20,000 nucleotides of DNA from an uncultured virus (IMG/VR IMGVR_UViG_3300043443_000226) (taxonomy: Duplodnaviria > Heunggongvirae > Uroviricota > Caudoviricetes): IMG/VR virus record IMGVR_UViG_3300043443_000226; one strand, given 5' to 3'. The stretch's first letter is position 1, and each line of letters starts with the position of its first letter. Shown here piece after piece: positions 13,747 through 20,000 of this stretch. Below the pieces are notes generated by a model, which made no database searches, was not told the origin of the DNA, and was given only the letters and a program-made list of their open reading frames with translations. The position numbers were made by a program, and so were the translations under genes.

Positions 13747-15780
13747 CTATAACGTGGGAAACGCTGCTGTTGGTGCGGCAGTGATAGTTCTTGCGTAGTT
13801 TGTTAATCGTATATCTTGCAAATACCCATTAAGCAAAGATGTTCCAACACGGTCTGCGCCAACATATATTGCATTAGTTTGATTAAAATTGTCAGTTACT
13901 GCTCCGGCACTTGTTGCATCTGCCGAACTAATTGCGCCACCTGTTGATAAGTACAACTTTAGATTTCCTGATGATGATCCAGAACGAACCACAGCAAAGT
14001 AATACCAAGTGTTTTGAACCAATGAGGTTGCACCAACTAAAGAGCTTGCTGTGTAACTAAATTGAAGTTTGTTGCCGCTTGTAATATTGACCGACCATCC
14101 TGTTGTTGATGTACCTCGGCTTATAATTCCAAAAGCAGTATTTATTGTGGATAGATATACCCAACCTTCAATAGTAAAATCACTAGTGCCAATTACCTCA
14201 ACTTGTGCTGGTTGATTGTTTGACCATAAATAATCAGATGTTGAAGAAGCAAACTTTATAGAAGTGCTTCCCCATTTAGGTGCTATTGCATTGCTTAATG
14301 AAGCGCTATTTACTGTTTCCAAAACTAACTTACTTGTAGCATCGTAGATACCGGCGTTGGTGAAGTTGAGGAGGAGGCTAGTGTTGGTTGTGTTTGTGGG
14401 TGGTGCTGTTGGAATTGTGATTGAAGTTGACGCAGGGTCATAAACAGCTGTGCCTTTAACCATCTTAAATCCGCTGACGTAGCCGTTCCAATCCGAATCA
14501 CCAGATAAATTACTTCGGCCAAGATTAAATACTTCGGACGTGCCGCCATCCACAGCCGATGAGTTGCTAGCGATATACGCTTCTCTTGTGCCATTGACCC
14601 ACAACGCCCATGCGTTACCAGATCGGGCAATGGCAACGTGCATCCATTGGTTGTTGTTGAACGTGCTAGTTGATACCAGCATATCGCCGCCGTAATTATT
14701 TGTTGCCAACACAAACTTGTTTACGTTTGCCGGTACAGACGTTGCCATGATCCAACGATTTGCCGCCCATGATCCTCCTGTTCCATTTCCGGCTAATCGC
14801 GTTCCCGTTCCATTTGCACCGGAATACAACCACATCTCAATCGTAAAGTTCCCAGAGCCAAGCGCAAATGCAGCGTTACTAGCAGTAGCAAGGTAATCCC
14901 CATTCCCATCAAAATACCCTGACCCACCATAAGTCGCAGCAGACCACGATGCAGTGGGGTTGAATGGGGAGAAGGCTTGTACGGAGGGGGAGCCGTTGAC
15001 GGTGATTGTTTTTGGAGATGCGCTGTTGTCGATGAAGCGGTTGGATTGACAAGTGAGAATTAAGGTATTGGCATCAGAGGTGTAGGCAGAGGTCGGCAAT
15101 GTAATTGTTCTGGCTACGTTTGAGTATCGAAAGTTTGATATGTACCCTTGAAGGCTATAACCTGATGCCCAATCTAAGCCACCAATAAGAAATTGATTTT
15201 GCGCTATTGAAGCAGAGCTTGTGCCAGTTGCAACAGACGTCCCGTCAATGTACAAAGCAACTTGATTTGATCCTGTGCCAGACCGAACTACTGCAATGTG
15301 ATACCACTGGCCTATGGTTGGAGTCCACGCATAAGTAATTACTCGACTACCTTGAATATCAACAAACAAGTCATTTGCGCCGCTATCTCTTGCTATTTGG
15401 ACATTAGTTGTTCCTGATACACCTTGAATGCAAATGCGCTGATTAGTTCCAGACCACGCAGTAAAATTTACAAAACATTCAATTGAAAAATTTCCTGTCC
15501 CAATAGCAAATGAAGCAACAGACGCAAACTTCAAATTTGCCGTTGAAGACCCAAAATAATTCCCCCACCCCGTCTGCGAGAACGGGCTAAACGTACCCTG
15601 TGTCGTATTGCCGTTGCGGGTGATGGTGAAGTTATTGGAAGAACCATCTAAGAACGTATTGTTCTGTGCGCCATTCGTACCGTTACCAGGAAGCAGTAGC
15701 GTGGTGTATTCGTAGTAAGGGTCTGCTGTAACCCCACCTGAAAAGATGGAGGCTATCATTGCTGTTAAGTTACCAGCCAT
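13747..15780 (-). CDS. Triple LamG/ConA-like domain adhesin or tail-fibre protein (677 aa)
   Basis: Three G(T/S)(G/S)(N/D)F(S/T)IExxxx ... W(Y/M)(H/Y)(I/V/F)A(V/I)xRSG ... GY(I/V/L)(S/Q)xx(R/K) units (GTGNFSIECF, GSGNFTIEMW, GTSDFTIEGW). Confidence 0.85.
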   Translation of the reverse strand: MAGNLTAMIASIFSGGVTADPYYEYTTLLLPGNGTNGAQNNTFLDGSSNNFTITRNGNTTQGTFSPFSQTGWGNYFGSSTANLKFASVASFAIGTGNFSIECFVNFTAWSGTNQRICIQGVSGTTNVQIARDSGANDLFVDIQGSRVITYAWTPTIGQWYHIAVVRSGTGSNQVALYIDGTSVATGTSSASIAQNQFLIGGLDWASGYSLQGYISNFRYSNVARTITLPTSAYTSDANTLILTCQSNRFIDNSASPKTITVNGSPSVQAFSPFNPTASWSAATYGGSGYFDGNGDYLATASNAAFALGSGNFTIEMWLYSGANGTGTRLAGNGTGGSWAANRWIMATSVPANVNKFVLATNNYGGDMLVSTSTFNNNQWMHVAIARSGNAWALWVNGTREAYIASNSSAVDGGTSEVFNLGRSNLSGDSDWNGYVSGFKMVKGTAVYDPASTSITIPTAPPTNTTNTSLLLNFTNAGIYDATSKLVLETVNSASLSNAIAPKWGSTSIKFASSTSDYLWSNNQPAQVEVIGTSDFTIEGWVYLSTINTAFGIISRGTSTTGWSVNITSGNKLQFSYTASSLVGATSLVQNTWYYFAVVRSGSSSGNLKLYLSTGGAISSADATSAGAVTDNFNQTNAIYVGADRVGTSLLNGYLQDIRLTNYARTITAAPTAAFPTL

Positions 15781-15781
15781 A

Positions 15782-16513
15782 TCAGGTCACTCCTGGCCCA
15801 GTTACCCACCACGTATCTGTAGCAACCTTCAGCAATGATGCCATGCCCTTTGTCGCCACCGTTCTGTTGCCTGTGGTTCCGTTGGCTAACTGAAATGTAA
15901 CGCCAGCACCAGAGATCGTTAAGTTACCGCTGTTGTTGTTGAGCACTAAGATTGTAGTTCCTGTAGGAAAGGCTACAGATGAATTGGTTGGTACTGTAAG
16001 TGTTGCTGTAGACCCACCAGTGAAGTAAACATGATCACCACCATCACCAAGTACTAACGTGTATGTAGAACCTGATTGGCTGTTTTGAGGAGCGTTTAAG
16101 TAACCAACTTGATTTGTACCATCAGGGCCAGTTAACGTATTGTTACTAGCGGATATAGTCTTGTTAGTTAGTGTCTGAGCAGTGCTGAGGGTTACTTCAC
16201 CGTCAGTTCCTTTAGAAGCTAATACAGACCAATACGTTGTGTTCGTAGGTAAGTTACCTGTACTTTGTAGGATACATACATAGGTAGAGCCATTATATGT
16301 AGCTACATCATTAGGGTAATAGGTTGTGCCACCTGCGTAAGCACCTTGGAAAGTTAACGTAGCATAACCAAGGCTGTTCCATGCAGTAGACCCATTACCT
16401 ACTTTAAACTTGGTTAATGATGTATCAACACCTACTTCACCGGAAGCTAGTGTTGGGTTAGCAGTAGACCACTGAGCAGTAGTTCCACGGCGTAGTTGTA
16501 CTTGAACTGGCAT
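15782..16513 (-). CDS. Fibre protein: Mtd_N-like domain + CBM5/12-like module + C-terminal beta-sandwich (243 aa)
   Basis: VQLRRGTTAQWSTANPTLASGEVGVDT...KFKVGNGSTAWNSLGY fits Mtd_N. AYAGGTTYYPNDVATYNGSTYVC...P..TTYWSVL fits a chitin-binding-type module. Followed by QTLTNKTI and YTLVLGD...TLTVPTNSSVAFPTGT. Confidence 0.8.
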   Translation of the reverse strand: MPVQVQLRRGTTAQWSTANPTLASGEVGVDTSLTKFKVGNGSTAWNSLGYATLTFQGAYAGGTTYYPNDVATYNGSTYVCILQSTGNLPTNTTYWSVLASKGTDGEVTLSTAQTLTNKTISASNNTLTGPDGTNQVGYLNAPQNSQSGSTYTLVLGDGGDHVYFTGGSTATLTVPTNSSVAFPTGTTILVLNNNSGNLTISGAGVTFQLANGTTGNRTVATKGMASLLKVATDTWWVTGPGVT

Positions 16514-17415
16514 TACGGTGTTCCTCCATCAATAGGATCAACGGCAAGGTAGCTACTATCTGGAGCACCTCCGTCTAAATTTGTACTTCCTCCGCCACCA
16601 CCACCGGATACGGTAGACCATGTGAAAGCAGACCCACTCCACTTAAGATAAGTATCTGATGTTGTTGGTGCAGTGATAAAAGTTGTTGTGTTTGATCCGC
16701 TTTGATAAGCAATTCTATTGGCAGCACCACCAAGTAAGTTAGTAGCTGAGCCAGCGCTACCAAGCACATCAATGTTCCAAGTACCTGTTGCATTAGTACC
16801 TGTTGTTGATGGTGAGCCTACTGTGTTATAACTGATTGTTCGTGCTACAGAGCCATCAAAGGTAGTTCCTGAAGCAGCTCCAGTACCGCTATTGTCAAAG
16901 GTAGCGGCATATGTTGTTGTACCGCCACCACCTCCTGTACCGTTAGCTGCTGATGTGATACGACCTTGTGCATCAACAGTGATATTAGCATTGGTATATG
17001 AACCTGCTGTAACTGCTGTATTTGCTAAGTTAATGGTTCTGTTAGCGGACAAATCACCACCACCAGACAATCCAGTACCAGCAGTAATGGTTGTTACTCC
17101 TACAGCATAACCAGCCGTAGCATGATTACCCCATCCATAAGCAGTATCCCAATCAGTTTGCTTTGATGTGGTAGGGATCGCATAACCAGCCGTGTTTGAT
17201 ATTGCTAACGTACCTGCTGATGTTACTGGTGATCCTGTTACAGTTAGACCAGTAGGCACTGACAAAGCTACTGAAGTTACTGTACCGTTTCCAGACAAAG
17301 CAGCAATGTTACTGAGTGTTGTCTTTACAGTGTTACCGCCTTGTACGATAGGTACAACTTCAGTACCAGCCAATGCTGATGCATTTGATAGTGCTGATAT
17401 CTTTACGTCAGCCAT
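16513..17415 (-). CDS. Tail-fibre shaft-like protein (300 aa)
   Basis: N-terminal MADVKISAL...GTEVVPIVQGG, plus fibre motifs GTVTSVAL, WDTAYGWGNHA, AGTGLSGGGDLSANRTI and YTNANITVDAQGRITSA. C-terminal LDGG...IDGG. Confidence 0.8.
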   Translation of the reverse strand: MADVKISALSNASALAGTEVVPIVQGGNTVKTTLSNIAALSGNGTVTSVALSVPTGLTVTGSPVTSAGTLAISNTAGYAIPTTSKQTDWDTAYGWGNHATAGYAVGVTTITAGTGLSGGGDLSANRTINLANTAVTAGSYTNANITVDAQGRITSAANGTGGGGGTTTYAATFDNSGTGAASGTTFDGSVARTISYNTVGSPSTTGTNATGTWNIDVLGSAGSATNLLGGAANRIAYQSGSNTTTFITAPTTSDTYLKWSGSAFTWSTVSGGGGGGSTNLDGGAPDSSYLAVDPIDGGTP

Positions 17416-17417
17416 GT

Positions 17418-17978
17418 CTACTCCATGATAATGTAGTCACCAGCTTCTGTGGTGAGGAAATCACCGTTTTCAGTAGCCAGGATGTTCGCAACACTAAGCC
17501 AACCAAGTAAGTAAGTAAACGAAGCTTTCTTCCATTGTCCGTCTTGTCTAACAAGAAAGTATTCTGGTACAGGGTCTTCAGTGGCATCAGGTAAACCATC
17601 TAATCCAAACTGCTGTGTATTCTGAATGTATATGTTGTCTTTGGACTTAGAAGTCTGTGGTAACTCACCAGCACTGACTTCAATACCATTAGACAACTTA
17701 AGTACCAGTGAGTTGTCAATGTCAATGTAAGCATCAACAACTGATACACCATCCTTACCTGGTTTACCGTCTTTACCATCTTTACCGTCAACACCATCTC
17801 TACCATCTTTTCCTGGTAGTCCGTCTTTACCAGGGTTACCTTTGTCACCTTTAGGACCTTGTTTACCTTGTGGTCCTTCTAGTTTACTGATGGCATCTGC
17901 TTTAGAGTCTAGCTCACTTACTTTCTTCTTTAACTTACCAACAACAGCAGCTAGCTGTAGTAGTTTTTCCTCATCCAT
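17418..17978 (-). CDS. Collagen-like (Gly-X-Y) fibre protein (186 aa)
   Basis: N-terminal coiled coil, 14-15 consecutive GXY triplets (about 17742-17876), a LVRQDGQW segment reminiscent of the fibritin foldon (YVRKDGEW), and C-terminal LATENGDFLTTEAGDYI. Confidence 0.85.
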   Translation of the reverse strand: MDEEKLLQLAAVVGKLKKKVSELDSKADAISKLEGPQGKQGPKGDKGNPGKDGLPGKDGRDGVDGKDGKDGKPGKDGVSVVDAYIDIDNSLVLKLSNGIEVSAGELPQTSKSKDNIYIQNTQQFGLDGLPDATEDPVPEYFLVRQDGQWKKASFTYLLGWLSVANILATENGDFLTTEAGDYIIME

Positions 17979-17980
17979 GA

Positions 17981-19957
17981 TTACTCACCAAGAGCATCGG
18001 TAAACTGCTTATCTACCTGTTTTTTAGTCTCCATTTGCATCTTGGCTATGTTTTCATTGCTTTTGATATCTTCTTCCTTCAACATTAACTCAGCAATCTT
18101 AATTCTACGCTGGAATTCACGCTCTGCTGAGTCATCGTTGTTAGGAAGGTTCTGAGTGGCTGCATTAACAATCTTAGCTCTTACCTCTTCAGGCATTAGC
18201 TGAGCCTCTATAGACGCTTTCTGAGCCTCTGCTGCTGCTTTTTGTGCTCTAGCTTGCTTTTCCTGCACTGTAGCTTGTGCATCAGCTAATTGAAGCTGTG
18301 TAGCTTGCTGTTGAGCCTGTTGTTGCTCAGGATTTGGCTGTGTTAGCTGCTGAAGTTGCTGTAGTAAGCTCTCACGGTTAGGTAATGATGAGTATTCAAC
18401 AATTCCTTGCAGTAATAACGGTACGATAGGACTGTTTGGACCTAACGTAGACATCATTGCCATCATCTGAGCCTGTTCAAACTCTCTAGCAACCATCCCT
18501 AGCGTACCTGTTGGGATAAATTCAAAGTCTTTTACAGGATAACGGTCAGGAGCAAACTGCATATACCGCCATGCAGCCTTCTGTACGAACGGAATAAGGA
18601 AATCTTCTTGGAAATTCACCAAAGAACGCTTGTTCTTCTTGATAATACCGCTAACAGCCATCGCTAAACCAGCCGCTGCTGCATCACCACCACTAACTTG
18701 AGCAGGTAAATTAGCTGTATCTAACGTACCTGTAGCCTGTAACATCATTCTTTCAAAGATTTGAGCTGTTTCGATGTTAGATTTGTCCGTAACACCAAAC
18801 TTAAAGGGTTGTAGAATCTCTGCTGGATTACCATTGACAAGGATATTTTTCCCTGGTTTGATCTCAAACTTCTGTCCACGAGGTAATCTAGAGGCATCTA
18901 TAGCCATCATAGGAGCTGCTGTAAGCCCTAAAGAGTCTACATGGCTACGAATCTGTGCATCAACAGCCTTTTGCATGTTATATGCCTTCTCAGCTGTTCC
19001 ACGACCCCAGAAACGACCAGGAACGCTATCAGCTTGGTAGGCAACAACAGGTCTGTCCTGCATCATGAAGGGGTTTTCTTCAGCTTTGAGTAGATCTTCT
19101 CCGTTAGCAATAACGATCAAAGCTTCTACCATCTCTGAATACAACTCATCATCTTCAAAAGATAAGTCATCAAGGTTATCTAACAATTTCTTAGGTACTA
19201 AACCATAGTAACGAAGTAGTAATACCTTATCTGATTGATAGTAAGTTAAGTCTTGGTTAGGCTCTAGGTCAGTGTCTAAGGATGCGTCACCAATAGCTAT
19301 CTTTTTATAAACACCATCTTCCATGCCTTTAATAACTGCATGTCTACCTACATACTCTTCAACAGCACAACCCATTGCATCATCAATGGTGGTTGCGTTA
19401 GGATCAACAAGGAAGTTACGTGGATTGATAGGTTTTAAGTCTACCGATACTCTATAGTTAGTGTTAACACCAATCATAGCCAATCCAGGCTGTGCTGTAG
19501 GCTGTGTTGCTGGTGATAGACTCTTCTTTTGTTTGACAATGATTTCACCGATACCAGTACCGTAGATCTCTGCTAAGGTCATGATCTGACCAATGTTCTT
19601 ACGTACTTTATCTTTCTTGAAATCTTCGGACAACAAAGACTTCATCTTCTCAACATCAGTCTTATCCTGGTCGCTGATGTCATCGCTGATGTCAAAGAAT
19701 ACACCTTTAGCGAACACAGCTTCTTCAAGATCAGCTTGTTTGTTATCTACTGCTTGCTGTAGGGCAGGGCTAATAAGCCTTGAACGCTCAGAATCCCTTG
19801 TTTTATCCTCATCAGCATAAAGACCTCGCCATAGACGCTCATACTCGTCCCAGCGATCCATGTAGTTCTCATCCCTGTAGTTACGCCAGTCGTTACAGCG
19901 ATCCATGACGAAGGCTACTAAGGCATTCTGAGGTGTGATTTCAGATTCAAATTTCAT
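17981..19957 (-). CDS. Portal (head-tail connector) protein, about 658 aa
   Basis: Size and motifs (WDEYERLWRG...RSRLISPALQQAV; AEIYGTGIG; INPRNFLVDP; PGRFWGRG..EKAYNMQKA) plus a C-terminal Gln-rich coiled coil fit podovirus portals. From memory it resembles the SIO1/VpV262-like group. ATG 19957, just after the upstream stop, is preferred to TTG 19966. Confidence 0.85.
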   Translation of the reverse strand: MKFESEITPQNALVAFVMDRCNDWRNYRDENYMDRWDEYERLWRGLYADEDKTRDSERSRLISPALQQAVDNKQADLEEAVFAKGVFFDISDDISDQDKTDVEKMKSLLSEDFKKDKVRKNIGQIMTLAEIYGTGIGEIIVKQKKSLSPATQPTAQPGLAMIGVNTNYRVSVDLKPINPRNFLVDPNATTIDDAMGCAVEEYVGRHAVIKGMEDGVYKKIAIGDASLDTDLEPNQDLTYYQSDKVLLLRYYGLVPKKLLDNLDDLSFEDDELYSEMVEALIVIANGEDLLKAEENPFMMQDRPVVAYQADSVPGRFWGRGTAEKAYNMQKAVDAQIRSHVDSLGLTAAPMMAIDASRLPRGQKFEIKPGKNILVNGNPAEILQPFKFGVTDKSNIETAQIFERMMLQATGTLDTANLPAQVSGGDAAAAGLAMAVSGIIKKNKRSLVNFQEDFLIPFVQKAAWRYMQFAPDRYPVKDFEFIPTGTLGMVAREFEQAQMMAMMSTLGPNSPIVPLLLQGIVEYSSLPNRESLLQQLQQLTQPNPEQQQAQQQATQLQLADAQATVQEKQARAQKAAAEAQKASIEAQLMPEEVRAKIVNAATQNLPNNDDSAEREFQRRIKIAELMLKEEDIKSNENIAKMQMETKKQVDKQFTDALGE

Positions 19958-19959
19958 TG

Positions 19960-19998
19960 TCACCAACCTATTGTTGTGTCTAGGACTTCGTACTCTTC
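19960..19998 (-). CDS. C-terminus of upstream gene, probably terminase large subunit (truncated)
   Basis: Reads EEYEVLDTTIGW*, ending 2 nt before the portal ATG. The acidic ..YExLD...G[WY] ending and the position suggest TerL, but only 12 residues are visible. Confidence 0.5.
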   Translation of the reverse strand, partial: EEYEVLDTTIGW

Positions 19999-20000
19999 TT

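Noticed and set aside
16360..16513. Mtd_N domain suggesting a diversity-generating retroelement
   Set aside because: No reverse transcriptase or avd gene, no C-type-lectin variable region, and no repeat pair differing only at adenines in the window. Mtd_N is common in ordinary fibres.
17742..17876. Collagen repeat as evidence of eukaryotic origin
   Set aside because: GKD/GPQ-type Gly-X-Y runs are commonplace in phage fibres, and the context is entirely phage-like.
19958..19966. Portal start at TTG 19966 as given by the ORF track
   Set aside because: It lies inside the upstream gene. ATG 19957, 2 nt after the upstream TGA, matches the spacing seen throughout the operon.
1..20000. Stop-codon reassignment, programmed frameshift, tRNA or intron
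   Set aside because: Standard-code ORFs tile the window using TAA, TAG and TGA as stops, leaving no room for RNA genes, and I saw no split gene needing a frameshift.

Overview
The window is a 20-kb piece of a tailed dsDNA phage genome, most consistent with a podovirus. Every credible gene is on the minus strand, tightly packed and mostly translationally coupled. In transcription order (right to left): the last 12 codons of a probable terminase large subunit; portal; a fibre/adhesin cassette (collagen-like protein, fibre shaft protein, Mtd_N + CBM protein, triple-LamG protein, small Trp/Pro-rich protein, adaptor, single-LamG protein); a small acidic His-repeat protein; a 1916-aa repeat-rich mosaic protein; three probable internal virion/DNA-ejection proteins; several small genes, three of which the ORF track missed; and a lysis cassette (3-TM holin and the start of a lysozyme-type endolysin). 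I found no RNA genes, CRISPR arrays, integrase, transposase or reverse transcriptase. Most notable: (1) no capsid, scaffold or tail-tube gene lies between the portal and the ejection/lysis genes, and codon style shifts across the fibre cassette, suggesting a recombinant or misassembly; (2) the fibre cassette looks like a chain of C-terminal peptides paired with N-terminal domains of the next gene; (3) the giant protein contains several duplicated mini-domains; (4) a 112-aa protein has three W/M-x3-H/N-x3-H repeats. All family assignments come from motif recognition by eye, not from database searches.
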